From a virus: a stretch of 64,000 bases of DNA. The stretch lies in the IMG/VR virus record IMGVR_UViG_3300034417_000014, positions 25,847 to 89,846 of that record. One strand, 5' to 3'. Shown one piece after another: positions 26,901-38,200 of this stretch. The notes under the pieces are model-generated. The model had not been told where the DNA came from and did no database searches. It was given only the letters and a program-made list of their open reading frames with translations. The first letter of the stretch is position 1, and each line of letters begins with the position of its first letter. The translations under genes and the position numbers were made by a program.

Positions 26901-29900
26901 ACTTCGTTAACATAGCTAATGAAGTCGCCAAACGAGTCTGGGGAATAATTTCTATCGTGTGTTAATTCCTCTCCTGCTTGAGACAAGTTAATATATGTTG
27001 TTTTAAACGCCCAATCAATATCCTGCTGTTCAGAAAACGCATATGTTACCATTGCAAAGAACATGTTGTTTTTATAAACAATGTAATCGTTTATAAAAAT
27101 TCGTCCACTCAACGCATCTAAGATTTCTCTAATTTCTAAATTTAACGCCATGTTGTAAGTGACTGTATAAATTGTAGATTTTAATTGCATTGCAGTTTTT
27201 TCTCTGCGAACAATAATAAACACGTTGTTTGCCATATCATAAGAGTAGTATGTTGAATTGTCTAACACATACACTTTTACTATGCCACCTTGTCCAAGAT
27301 ACTCTTTATCTGCAGAAGACAAATCGGACAATGACTCAACTTCCATTAACGGAACTGTGTTAGTTTCATTATACCCAACTTCGAACCAGTCAACATATTC
27401 CCAGTAATCGTTAGTTGGCAAGTCTGCATTCCACAGTGGATCTATATCTTTAAGCTGTATAGAAATAAGATGAGAGTTTGCATTTTGAACAAACACTTTT
27501 CTTGCCATAGTGATATCTTCAAACCAAGTCTGTCTTGGACGTACACGGTTTCCATATTTTTCAAATACAGACAGTTTTGGATCTGGAACAATTCTTCCCA
27601 TCGAATCAAACCCAACTAAGCTATCAGTCATCTTAGCCCAGTATCTATCTGGAATCAAAGACGATGCTTTGTTTTTGGAAATCAACTTCCACTCAACATG
27701 TTTTGGATTTTGATTTTTAGTAAATCTGTAATTAATTTGTATTACACTATCCAAGCTAGAAATGAACACATTTAAATTGTTAAAAATGTATTCATATTCA
27801 TTAATAAAGCTGAACCACACATACCCGTTGCTTCTTGGATTGCTAATTAATCTAGAAACACTTAGCGCAGACATACTTCTGTGATTCAAGAATTGAGGCA
27901 CAGTTGTTTTGTCTCTTACCCAGAAGAAGTACACAGACTTAACGCTGTTGTAAAACGCATCATATGCAGAACGCACAACATAGTCAGTTGTGTTCTTCGG
28001 TGTTCCAGTTCCAGTATATTGTTCTGGAGGAACATCACTTGCTACCCATTCGTAAATCACAACTTCGGAACCCGGGAATAGTCTTCCCCAGTTTCCCATC
28101 ATGTACGCGTCTGTCCCTTGCTCGTAATACAAGTATTTTGCTTTAGATGTATCCCACCACAAATGCCCGACTTCTCTGCTGTCGAAAGAATTACTGTCGT
28201 CTAGCATTGTTGGATCAGCTGCAACACTGTAGCGAGTTGGATCCATATCATTTTTATAAGTTAAATTCTTATCTGCGATGCCTGGGATGAACCCTTTGAA
28301 CGGGTCATACACTGGGACGTCAATGATTGTTTTTCCTGTGTCTCTAGAGTAGACGTGCATAATGTCAAACAGTTCGGAATCTACTAGTGGGCCTTCCTTT
28401 CTTGCAGGTGTTGTATAATTTCCACTTGCATACACTGCCCATCCTGCACCAGCGTTATCAACCCATGCTTTTGGTTCTCCGCTAGCTTGTGCGTCAGCGA
28501 GAGTTGAGAATCTAACATTTTTAAACACATACGCTTCCACTGCTATTAACGGTATTACGTCAACAACTTTTCCATCAGCATCTTTTAATTCAGTAACATC
28601 TGAAATCGTTGCTGCATTTGTCGGAGTGTATGTGTATATGTCGTCGTTAAGAACAACGTAGCCAGGCAATTGATTTTGCGCAAGACTTCCAGTGAACAGT
28701 TTTAATACAGACCATTCTCGGTTAATATAATTTGCATTTGCAACCCACACATAGTCACCGGCAGTTGGAATTTCTTTTTGTGTGTCTGCCCACAACGCTG
28801 GGAGTTTTGCAATGTCGTATGTTGTGAAGTCAATGTCGTCTAAATGAACATATCCTGCATTTTTTACAACAGTGTCAACTTTGCTAAGTGTTGTTAAAGG
28901 AACAAAATTAAGATATGATTTTTCAAATGGACGTGAAAGCCAACGGATGTTATCGTCAATATCAATAACAATCTTCTCATCTGTAGGATCATCAACTGTA
29001 ATTTCATTTTTAGTAACTAGCAATGCAGTGTCTAACGATTCTGTTCCGTCAGCTTTAAAAATTGTAATGGTTGGCGTTTGCCCATATCCATTACCGGGGT
29101 TAGTTATCTTAATTGCAGTTAATTTGTTTTCAGTTAACACTAAGTCTGCTGTTGCAGCAGTCGTAAATGTGTCTCCCGAAACAGGTGTAATTTCTGCGTA
29201 TGGTTTGCCAGAATAAACTTCAGTAGCATTTGTGATAATTGCTTCTGACACAAATTTAGTATGTGATGGACCTTCTGGGAACACCAGTTGCACTAGTTGT
29301 GGATCTTGTTTTAATTCCGATCCGGAAATGCCAAACTCAATATAAGTATGGTCGTTTACAGATCCATATTCCCCTACTCTGAACGCCCACTCTTCATAAA
29401 TTTCAGTGTTCTCATTTCCTTTAATAAATGTTGAACGCAACAATTTATCAATTGGCTGCACTGTTCCTTTTTCTGGAAGCATGCCTTTATAGAACGAGTA
29501 CTGTGTGTCGCCTAGCAATTGCAAGTTATCGAGATAATCTCTGTTTTGATAACCAATCAAGTGCCGTGCTGTGTCTTCCATTTGTGGGTTATCAAGAGAT
29601 ACTTCACTGTTATAATAATCTCTAATTGAGTCAGTTAAGTTTTCAAAGTTAGGAATTAATTTATTTCCAGAAATAATATACCCATTGGCTTCTAATTTAC
29701 CAAACCAATTTCTAGATCTTAGCCCAATAACTTTTAGTCTCTTCTGTCTGTCCATTAAAACAGGATCATACATAGTATCGTTAAACACTGTAGTATTATC
29801 AAATACGAAGATGTTTTCTGTTTCCTTTGTTGTAATTCTCAAGCAGTATACACCAACACTTTCAACTTTGCTACGGATAGATATAGTTTGGTCATCTCTA

Positions 29901-32900
29901 ACAACATCAACATCTTTGGGAGATATCGAGTACCCGTATTGGTCAAGTATGTTGTATACACCAGTTTCAAACTTCTCAATACTAGTTGGGTATCCTTGAG
30001 ATACTGTTAACGTAACATTGTCTGCAATCGGGCTAATACAAATAGTATTATTTGTTGACCAAGAAGTAGTAGTCCAAAATGCAAAATCTTTTCCTGCATT
30101 TTTCCAATCTTTAATTACATTAGTGTCGCCGTCAACTTGTGTAAAATCCCAACCTTCACTTTTCAAATAATCGCCGTAACTGATTAAGAAGTCAAACACT
30201 GCTTGCACACTATCAAATTTTGTGCCATATTCTACTGTGGTTACATTCTTAACACCTTTAGTGCGGTATTGTAAATTATGTCCGCCGATGGATGGTAATG
30301 CTGACAGTTTTTTCCATTTACCTTCGCTAAATTTACTTACTGTTTGCACAGCAAGCGATTGATAAAATTGCGTGTTGTATTGAACAATGTCGCCGTCGTT
30401 ATACGAAGCAGACGAACTATAAGGTCTGAAATTTGCATTTGTTCCACCAACAGATAATGCAGTTGCTGGACTGTTGATGTCTCTTTCCAATATTTTGAAA
30501 TATGGAGTCAGCACATCGTAGCCATACACTTCATACTTTGCATCTTCTGTTATTCTAACAACCACACCACTATACACATACTCTTTTAATGGCAAGCCAG
30601 TGTGTATTTTTGTATCAATGTTTTCAATTGGAACAATTAACCCAGTGTTTGTAGAACCTGTTGAGGTACCTTCAAAGAAGAATTGAATAGTGTCAACGTT
30701 TGTGAACCCAGCGTAACGATGTCCTAATTTTACAGTTAAGTTTCTTAAATAATTTGCAAAATCAACAGTTACATCTTGCCCAAGGAATAACAACCTGTCA
30801 GTGATGAACCGTTGGTATCCATGATTAATAACTTTTACTCCGTCAATAGTTTCGCCATGCACAGTCAACTCACTGTTAGATGATCTAGTGTATGTTGGAG
30901 AACTAATAAGTTGAGATGGATTAATTTCTGCTTGTTGTAAAGCATACGGATCCCAGCACTTTTCAGCAAACTGCGACGGACGCATTACGTGCATTTTTTC
31001 CATTATCACATAGCGATATTCAGAACTGTTCATCCAGGATTCTTCAACAGGGCTGTTATCACCAAACACCCAGTCTGCTCCGCGGTCAATTTCTGCCGGT
31101 AACACTACAATCCCAATAGTAGAAGGCTCTTTATTTGCTCCACCTGCATCAACTGGAATGTACGCTGTTAAGCCTGGTCTAACGAAGTGCCAGTTAATTC
31201 CAGCTCGATTACCCTGACGTATTAATCCTGCTTCTAAATCCGCCCACAATTTTGCATTGGTGCTGCCGTAGCTGCTGCCATATTCTTCTACCCACCAAGT
31301 TGGCTCTTCAGTAAAACCCAACATCTCCCAAGGTGTTAAACCTGGAGTAATAGTGTCGTAAAAATATTTATAAATGCCTTTCCAGTTGCCTGGCAAATCT
31401 TCATTTGCTGGACGGTAATTCCATGTCATCCAATTATCAGGATCATAACTTAAATTAGTGGCGTAGTTTGCATTAATTTTTGTAACCCAACGCAAGAATG
31501 AAGAACGGAAAATATCGTTCGTCTCTGCCAAAGTAAACCCTGTGTCCCTAGCATAGCCTGGGATTAGATCTGCCCAGCCGTGTAAGAAGTTGTAATCCAC
31601 ACGGAATTTTTCAACTAAGTTATTGTAAATTCTAATTTCAAAATCTAATAAAATAGTATCTCGTAAATCAACATTCTCTGGACCTAAGGTTCCTGACATA
31701 ACGCCATCCATGATGTCCTTCGGAGTGTAAATTGGCGTACGGGATCCGTCGTGGCCTACAATCACGTATGTTGGTGTAACGTATGTGCTGTCTAACAACA
31801 TTTTAGGAACGCTCACTCCGTGACAGCCAATTTTTGTTGGCGTTGAAGGTATTGCAGCAGACAATGTGTCTTCGTAAAGTCGAACCACATAGTGACCTGG
31901 TGTAACAGCATAGTCTTGAATCTGTATAGTTATTGGGTTGCCTGGGTCAACAGTATATTCTGAATCTAATTTCAGCAACATATCTTTGCCGTTCTCGACA
32001 TAAAACACCAAAACACTATTTTTAAAATCAGCCAAATCTACATAGTTAGACAGTGTAAATTTTCCATCTAAAGTTGAGGATGATGCAAAAGTTTCTTCTT
32101 TAAATGAGTTTCCCCAAGCAAGCATATACGACATTGTAAATGCGCCGAAATACTCAGTTGTATTGTTAATTCTCTTAATGATCTCATTAAAAGTCTGATC
32201 TAAATGCAATGTGTTGATTTGTAATGCAGGCTTATAATGTTCTTTAGATAATTGACCTGCAATTTTTACTAACTTATCTTTAAAGCGAGTGTACTCTGTA
32301 GAAGAGAAAGTTAGGGCCGACACTAAGTTAATGTTATTTGCAGATGCAAAAAACATAGACTTTAGCATTGGGTTTTCAGTTTGAAGAATGTATTCTCCTA
32401 AAGAAATGTCCCTTGCAGTATCACGGTAATTGTTTTTAGAACTAAGTGCGTCACCTGTAAACCCAACTTGGTTTTCCATTATGCTAACAAAGTGGTTTGT
32501 TAATTCGTTTGCGCTATAAGTGTACACTTCCTCATTGTTAGGATTGTTTTCCAATTGTTTTGGAATTTCGTAATATCCAGGTGCCGCTGGATCTAACAAA
32601 TCTTTAGAATATGTTCTTACCTCTAACACGTCGTTCACTTGAAGTGTTTTATTTAAAGTAATCTCTCTTCCGTCAATATTAAAATCTGTGCCTTCATCTT
32701 TACTTATACCGTTCACAACAACGATAACGTCATTTCCAGATTCTAAAGTGTATTGCGGAGTAACACTCAGTGTAAATAGTTGAGGCAATGCTGCATCAAC
32801 TATTACAAATCTATCAATTACTCTTTGTTTAGATACTGTTTTAGACACAATCCATGACGTGTCATAAGTTGTACTTATTACGTCATTTGTCACCATGTCT

Positions 32901-35272
32901 ATATTGGATTTTTTATAGTAATAGTATCCTGGGATTTCAACAAATTCTGCGCCGTTGTTATAGTTGTATCTATCTGTAGTTAAATTATTTTCGAAAACAA
33001 TATCAGCAATTTGCCCGAGGTTTTTGTATTCGATTGGGAATCCAAGGATAGGGTCGTTGCCTGTCTCAGTTCCTATTTTGTAAGAGAATATTTTAGATCC
33101 TCTAAAATTGCTTTGCTCAAAATCAGATAAGTCTCTTGGCAAGCCATCTTTCAAATTTGTATAGTACAAGTTAAACAGTGGCGGCTGATTGATAGAAGTC
33201 TTAAGGTTTGTAGATTCTACCCATCGAGTTTCATTAAAATAGAAGTTTGTGTTTTTGTAAACATCGCCCTCAGTGACAAAAACAATGTCCCCATTTAAAG
33301 CAGGAGTGTTAATGTTTTCATAAGGCAGCAAATATGAAATGCCATCTTCTACTACAACTTTCCAAATATACTCTTCAACAGTTAATGTTATAGGAGTAGG
33401 CTGACTAACATACAACCTAAAAGTGCTATTGGTTGGGATTGCATACGCAGTAGTAATAACAATGCTTTGTGCAGTAATAGTTATTCCAGAAATAATACCA
33501 GTTAAGTCTGGGTCAGCAAAGTCATAGTCATATGAATCACCAGAGTGAATTACTGTTGGCGTAGTTGCATCTGCATGGTCAGCAGAGTAATTTGGACTTG
33601 AAGTAGTGAGGTCAGTAGTGTCTATGTTTCCAGGTGTAAAGTTTTTAATATTCACACTGATTAAATTTGCCATAGTTAAACCAGACTGATTACTAAACGA
33701 AAAACGTCTGTTGTTGTTTAACGTTGAGTTTGGAACAAGGCTTCTTATTCCGCCATTTACATGTACGTCAACAGTGTCCATTTCAGCAGCGGAATGGTAT
33801 TGCGAATCTAACAACCCGGACACATCGTCAGATGTTCCGTATTTTTCCTCGTCATCTAAGATAGTAGTTTCATAAACGTTGCTCAGGCCTGGTGTCCTAA
33901 CTGTAAAGTCTATAGTGTTGCTCTCATCAGACACGCTGTACCATTGTGGGTTATAAAAGAATTTTACTCCACCTGGTAAAGCACATGGTCTTTTTACAAT
34001 TGCAAAAAGTTGCATCTCATCTGAGATTGGAATCATACCCAGATCAGACGCAAGCCGATGTGTGTATGGCGGCGCAATTGGGTTGTAAGTACATTTGTTT
34101 GAAAAAGTGTGATGCGTATCTTCAGTTAAGAAAATCATCTTTTTCCCATCAGTAAGGGGAACGCCATCAACTGATAGTGGCAGTGGCTTGGCTTGCAACA
34201 AGTCAAACGGCACAATGCTTGCAATGTTAACTTCGCCGCGAGATCTTGTCCCAAAGTCGAACAATTCTAAATCTCTAATGAACTCAATTATAGGACGTCT
34301 TGCTTGTATTGAGTTAGTTAGCAAAGTTGTACTATTTAAAATTTGAGAAGTTGTTGCAACAACATCTTTGTGATACCACTTGTTAGATCTCGACCATTGG
34401 TTTCCATCTACACTTCCTCTTTGGATAGTGATATAGTCTGGATTTGATGTTGCAAAAGGATCGTCAATTAACACAATTGCTGACCCAACACCACTTACAA
34501 CTAGAACTTTGTTATAAGAACTGGAGTTGGAAAATTTTATTCTCATTCCATCAGCTAACTTAATTGTGCCAGCAGTGTACTGTTGTTTTCCTATAATGTC
34601 GCTGTCTACAATAATGTCAGTTATATCTGGAATTGTAACTACCGGTATATCCTCAACTAACATTATTCCTGTGCCGACGCCCTCAACAACATATTCTTGA
34701 GTGTGTGTTGCGGAGCCGGAAAAAGATACACGTAACCCATTTGTAAAAACTAAAGGGTTGCCACTTGGCATCATGTAACTGTAATGTAGCTGATTTAGAA
34801 TAAGAGTCTGTATATCGCCATCTGTTACATTCGGCAAGTCAATTGCTGGGAAATCGCTAATCCACATATACGCTTGGAAGTTGGTGAATTTATCATAGTC
34901 GATAGGAGGAGCAAAGGAATAATATTTTCCCTTAAACAGACGATCGTGATTTAAAGTATTTCCTTGAAGGAAATTAATCTCGTTAATTAGTTCCTCGTAA
35001 AACACTTCGTTCGAATTAGACAGTGTTGCATTGTCTGTGGATACAGCTATCGGCTCAAGCTGATACCATGTTCTCTCTTTTGTTGGTTGTGAAAGAAAAT
35101 AATCATTTATTGCATCATAAAATCCGGAAACCCTTCTTCCGACATAGCCAGTTTCTTTCTGGCTATCTTTTGCGGAAAATAATTGTTCAAATGTGGAATC
35201 GAAAAACTGTCTTTCAACTTCTGTTTGGAAGATACTTGGCAGTTTCTTAAAAATTTTATTTTTTTCGCTCAT
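23972..35272 (-). CDS. giant (3766 aa) baseplate wedge / virion structural protein
   Basis: Follows the gp6-like gene; PPIDYDKFTNF..Y.W, RPIIEF, EEWAFRVGEYG and YVNEVKPY.TKIR motifs of jumbo-phage baseplate proteins. Confidence 0.8.
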   Translation of the reverse strand: MSEKNKIFKKLPSIFQTEVERQFFDSTFEQLFSAKDSQKETGYVGRRVSGFYDAINDYFLSQPTKERTWYQLEPIAVSTDNATLSNSNEVFYEELINEINFLQGNTLNHDRLFKGKYYSFAPPIDYDKFTNFQAYMWISDFPAIDLPNVTDGDIQTLILNQLHYSYMMPSGNPLVFTNGLRVSFSGSATHTQEYVVEGVGTGIMLVEDIPVVTIPDITDIIVDSDIIGKQQYTAGTIKLADGMRIKFSNSSSYNKVLVVSGVGSAIVLIDDPFATSNPDYITIQRGSVDGNQWSRSNKWYHKDVVATTSQILNSTTLLTNSIQARRPIIEFIRDLELFDFGTRSRGEVNIASIVPFDLLQAKPLPLSVDGVPLTDGKKMIFLTEDTHHTFSNKCTYNPIAPPYTHRLASDLGMIPISDEMQLFAIVKRPCALPGGVKFFYNPQWYSVSDESNTIDFTVRTPGLSNVYETTILDDEEKYGTSDDVSGLLDSQYHSAAEMDTVDVHVNGGIRSLVPNSTLNNNRRFSFSNQSGLTMANLISVNIKNFTPGNIDTTDLTTSSPNYSADHADATTPTVIHSGDSYDYDFADPDLTGIISGITITAQSIVITTAYAIPTNSTFRLYVSQPTPITLTVEEYIWKVVVEDGISYLLPYENINTPALNGDIVFVTEGDVYKNTNFYFNETRWVESTNLKTSINQPPLFNLYYTNLKDGLPRDLSDFEQSNFRGSKIFSYKIGTETGNDPILGFPIEYKNLGQIADIVFENNLTTDRYNYNNGAEFVEIPGYYYYKKSNIDMVTNDVISTTYDTSWIVSKTVSKQRVIDRFVIVDAALPQLFTLSVTPQYTLESGNDVIVVVNGISKDEGTDFNIDGREITLNKTLQVNDVLEVRTYSKDLLDPAAPGYYEIPKQLENNPNNEEVYTYSANELTNHFVSIMENQVGFTGDALSSKNNYRDTARDISLGEYILQTENPMLKSMFFASANNINLVSALTFSSTEYTRFKDKLVKIAGQLSKEHYKPALQINTLHLDQTFNEIIKRINNTTEYFGAFTMSYMLAWGNSFKEETFASSSTLDGKFTLSNYVDLADFKNSVLVFYVENGKDMLLKLDSEYTVDPGNPITIQIQDYAVTPGHYVVRLYEDTLSAAIPSTPTKIGCHGVSVPKMLLDSTYVTPTYVIVGHDGSRTPIYTPKDIMDGVMSGTLGPENVDLRDTILLDFEIRIYNNLVEKFRVDYNFLHGWADLIPGYARDTGFTLAETNDIFRSSFLRWVTKINANYATNLSYDPDNWMTWNYRPANEDLPGNWKGIYKYFYDTITPGLTPWEMLGFTEEPTWWVEEYGSSYGSTNAKLWADLEAGLIRQGNRAGINWHFVRPGLTAYIPVDAGGANKEPSTIGIVVLPAEIDRGADWVFGDNSPVEESWMNSSEYRYVIMEKMHVMRPSQFAEKCWDPYALQQAEINPSQLISSPTYTRSSNSELTVHGETIDGVKVINHGYQRFITDRLLFLGQDVTVDFANYLRNLTVKLGHRYAGFTNVDTIQFFFEGTSTGSTNTGLIVPIENIDTKIHTGLPLKEYVYSGVVVRITEDAKYEVYGYDVLTPYFKILERDINSPATALSVGGTNANFRPYSSSASYNDGDIVQYNTQFYQSLAVQTVSKFSEGKWKKLSALPSIGGHNLQYRTKGVKNVTTVEYGTKFDSVQAVFDFLISYGDYLKSEGWDFTQVDGDTNVIKDWKNAGKDFAFWTTTSWSTNNTICISPIADNVTLTVSQGYPTSIEKFETGVYNILDQYGYSISPKDVDVVRDDQTISIRSKVESVGVYCLRITTKETENIFVFDNTTVFNDTMYDPVLMDRQKRLKVIGLRSRNWFGKLEANGYIISGNKLIPNFENLTDSIRDYYNSEVSLDNPQMEDTARHLIGYQNRDYLDNLQLLGDTQYSFYKGMLPEKGTVQPIDKLLRSTFIKGNENTEIYEEWAFRVGEYGSVNDHTYIEFGISGSELKQDPQLVQLVFPEGPSHTKFVSEAIITNATEVYSGKPYAEITPVSGDTFTTAATADLVLTENKLTAIKITNPGNGYGQTPTITIFKADGTESLDTALLVTKNEITVDDPTDEKIVIDIDDNIRWLSRPFEKSYLNFVPLTTLSKVDTVVKNAGYVHLDDIDFTTYDIAKLPALWADTQKEIPTAGDYVWVANANYINREWSVLKLFTGSLAQNQLPGYVVLNDDIYTYTPTNAATISDVTELKDADGKVVDVIPLIAVEAYVFKNVRFSTLADAQASGEPKAWVDNAGAGWAVYASGNYTTPARKEGPLVDSELFDIMHVYSRDTGKTIIDVPVYDPFKGFIPGIADKNLTYKNDMDPTRYSVAADPTMLDDSNSFDSREVGHLWWDTSKAKYLYYEQGTDAYMMGNWGRLFPGSEVVIYEWVASDVPPEQYTGTGTPKNTTDYVVRSAYDAFYNSVKSVYFFWVRDKTTVPQFLNHRSMSALSVSRLISNPRSNGYVWFSFINEYEYIFNNLNVFISSLDSVIQINYRFTKNQNPKHVEWKLISKNKASSLIPDRYWAKMTDSLVGFDSMGRIVPDPKLSVFEKYGNRVRPRQTWFEDITMARKVFVQNANSHLISIQLKDIDPLWNADLPTNDYWEYVDWFEVGYNETNTVPLMEVESLSDLSSADKEYLGQGGIVKVYVLDNSTYYSYDMANNVFIIVRREKTAMQLKSTIYTVTYNMALNLEIREILDALSGRIFINDYIVYKNNMFFAMVTYAFSEQQDIDWAFKTTYINLSQAGEELTHDRNYSPDSFGDFISYVNEVKPYQTKIRDYSVSYSLPIDYATGTAWDMDSLAYTTDSDGYTHAVLNPAYPPKDVPRYYSTYVIRDSVQPGFVDKSMFVYFGDETKSGDGVNNSFVFDDITSVWKAYVNGRLLDRDEYYTDEDATTGKLIVIFDVIPPFGSNNITVVSGVNFTHTALEEMRLQYNSTGQRFTSVNMKITNPADIKVVNYDIDLAHTGTPKTGWGGSPWDTYGWNVPGVSIISDPEKVTQFTVYSGAANSYLHIRTDLTTNLLSFAPTGNTINYSSYATVQGINSATVAELADLQTFNYEYSVEYNAMFGGKIIDAERFEYLSSIGWDTEPWSSAGWDRRIVTPRIVTSVGPETILDFTNIANGETSTYRFNDVIEVDSATINGAAVSTTTSVRPGYTYVTLATTPAYGNTVLIKYHYTTDHNFEVQLENDVLDGSVFVPTPSDIGMTDELAVYRTSENVVVTVDTNGRKINESFFGDGVKFEFVLVQNLGQGVSLDHVTVDGVVIPQKDATGTTQWILNVSADGKYVLSFVEVPVDDSTIVVSYRIGALRQYYGADDARHYDGNTTNQVVFVDGKPIAVVDDEAGWDGEEWDNYTGMDDNDVGLIFPYYSGTPEEHKSKYLLPSSLSDVRIYVVNDTTTGVSNFIFQNKDTGTGGDYVVTPTLTYLAAQTNPSYERTSLKNRYRGYMQGFYPKTPMATQDSFVGDGSETTFLTTVAIVPDSIISIFVNGKLTTYTFGVEYTLAVYPNKTTAIVLATPLGAGQTMDVNYDTPEFTKIFNNSNMVIFNAQHHMQVQDSDPNMSQKILVEYELSPVSFKMHLTEQDTKTFTRIGDEDSTYLFLKLEEDSQEICVEDASLLPKPTMGHPGVVWIGGERITYVAIQYDASVIRYETNPTDPTQEIPVEYTKDILKGVLRHTGGTSIAATRNPNGTANTTYPIGKKVTSGDNLQFVPNADVPFWENSIGGLAMSTTQQAEFLRDRPGTGVNV

Positions 35273-38200
35273 TACAATCTCATGTTAGTGTTAGTTAAGT
35301 TCGAAACAATATCAATGTCCGAAACTGTTGCTGTAGAGATAAAAATCTCGTTGGGCTCCGATTTCACCTGGAACAAATTACCAAACTGCGATGTGCCATA
35401 CGTTGGCACTAATACGACAGACGAAATAACTCCAGTCAACTGCTTATGTATGTATGCTGCAAGCTCAGTAAAATAAAATGTTTCACCGAAGTCCCAGTTG
35501 TCAATTCCAAAGAATGAATCTATTGCTGAGATCACTTTAGATTTTATCTCATTGTCCGAAAACGTCGTAGTTGTTGTTTTAATAACTTTAAATCTTGCTT
35601 GTAATTCTGGTGCTGCTGATCTTCCAAACAGTACTCTAAAGGACGCAGAGTTAAACACAATTTCATCTGACAGCATTTTATAATCATTGAACGTGTCATA
35701 TGCTACGGATAACTCTTGTGTGGTCGGTTTAGGTGGAAACTCAGTTATAGGAAGATTGCTATTTTTCCATGACAACACGCCGTTGTAGTATGCGTCTGTC
35801 AGCACAATCATATCCATGATGTTGCTAATACTTGGGTCTATTCTATTATCAATTGGCGCGTAGTGTCTCCACTTGAATGTAAACGGCTCAGTTTCAACAT
35901 TTGTGTTCAACGTAAATGATCTTCCGTTTCTAACAAAGTGTTCTGAATCTGTAACAAGCGACACTGGTGCTCCAGGTTGCAAGTTTATTATTTTATTAAT
36001 CTCTGCACTGTCAATCGACATTATATTTATCGGAGAAAAATTCGTCATATTATTGACAATAATTTCATCACTAATAGGTTCCCGCTTTTCAATATACACA
36101 ATCTTAGTTGCAATAATTGCCGCTTCAGCAGTTTGTGTCAAGTGAGTCGAAATCAAAGAGTTCACTGCATTAAGAAATGCAACTTGTGTTCCGTCTTTAA
36201 TTAAGAATAGTTCGTTTGACAGTAAGTCAGAATATGTTAATCCTGTAAATGGATCTATTCTAAAATCAGACCATTTAGATTGCCACAACAATCTAGTTTT
36301 GTTGTTGTCGCTGTCAATATAGTTAATTAAAAATATGATATCATCCTGAGACACAAGTCTGTTAAATAATTCTGGCTCATCTGGAATACCATCCTTGTTA
36401 GTATCGGCTGGAATAACTTCAACCTTGCTTGGATCTAAATAACCATCTTCCTCAAACACAGGATTAAACAAATTTAAAATTGCTTTGCTGCCAAGAGGTG
36501 TAGCATTATCTGTATACTTCACAATAATTTTATCAGTTGCGGATACAGCGCCAATGTCTGTAGCGGAAATAAATCCGTTATGGATAGGCAACGGAGCTCC
36601 GCTTGTACCAATGACTGTGTAAATTGATGCAGTTGCATTTGAATTAGATATCGACCTATCAGCTAAAAATATTCCAGTTCCTACGCTGTAAGATATAGAC
36701 ATGTTACTGGCATTAACCCAATAACCGCCAGACTGAATCCACGTCTCAGTGTAGTTTGGAGATGCGTTACTATCAAGGATTTCAATTTCATCTACATCTG
36801 ATTCAAGTGTTTGAACGTCGAAGTTTTCTTGGTTAGTATCAAAGAAGAATCTAACTTCCTGAAGTGACTCAAACACATATCTAGAACCACGAGAAACAAA
36901 AGTGTATGCCACTTCTGTCGGATCAAAAGTTGCATCCACCAGCCAGCTATTTTCCGGAGTCGACAAATTAAAATAATCATTTGATGGTGTAGACACCAGC
37001 GACCACAAATCCAACTCCACATCGTATGCAATTCCGAAATTATTTCTTTTTATCATTTCAGACGAAATGTTTGTTAGCTCAGCATCAGTAAATTCTTTTC
37101 TAAATGCTGGCATAATATCGTGTACTCGCCAACCTTTTGGTATTTCTACGCTAAACGTAAACATCACGCCGTCAACAAGCGTACCTGTGTGTTGTGTAAC
37201 TGAATCTACCACTGCCCATTGGAAGTCGCTTGATGAAGCTGGGTTAACAAATTTTACCATTGCACCTGGCTCAAAGAATCTGAAATATCCAAAATCCTTA
37301 TCGTAAATAGGAGCATTAGACACAGGGTGGTTTCCAACTTGCGTGCCTGGCTGTGCCAAATAATTAAACTTGGCTCCAGAAGCACTGAGTATGTTGCCAG
37401 TATTATTCTTTGCTGCGTCTGGCTGCGGGCTCCAAGTGTAAGAGCCTAAAAATTCATACACATTAAATTGATTGTATGTTGAAGAATTAAGATCATACTC
37501 AGATGATTTTAATCTTTTATACTCATTTAAATAATCACTGTAAAAGAAATTGCTCAGCTGTGTGCCTTTTAAAAATGCAGTTAAGTCACTGGACGCAATG
37601 GAGTATTCTTCACCTGGGTTATTATTAAGGTAAGAAGTAATAGTTGGAACTCGACCGTCTTTATATAACGCTCCGTCTTCTGCCAGCAATAACAAATTTT
37701 GATGGAAACCAGTTGGGTCGTTAATGTCAATATAGCGACTGTGCCCAGCATGTGTTCTGTTAATTGTCTTAATTTTTGCGATGCTGTTACCTTGCGACAG
37801 CGGGAACACGTTGTAGTCTTCGTTGTTCACCATTCGATTTTGTGTGTAATAAACTTGTGGAGCTCTAACTTTAATCTCTTCGTTTGTTTCAGACGGAGAA
37901 GAATTGTTGATGGATTCTTGCAAGCTGCATGAGAATGTCATCACGTACTGCAAGTTATCTGCACCGTAATAAGGAATAATAACTTCTAAGTTTTGTGCAT
38001 CTTCAGGACGCAACACATACGATGTCCCAGCAGATGTTCTTACCCATGTTCTGAATAAGCCTGTTGGGATTTCACCAAAGTTGCCATCTGGAAACTCAAT
38101 GTCGATTGCATCTCCAGTTTTTGTTATGACAGAATAAATCTTTCTAACATTTTTTGAGATGCTATTGAAAATAATGTTCTCGTTGCCGTTCGTGTTGTCA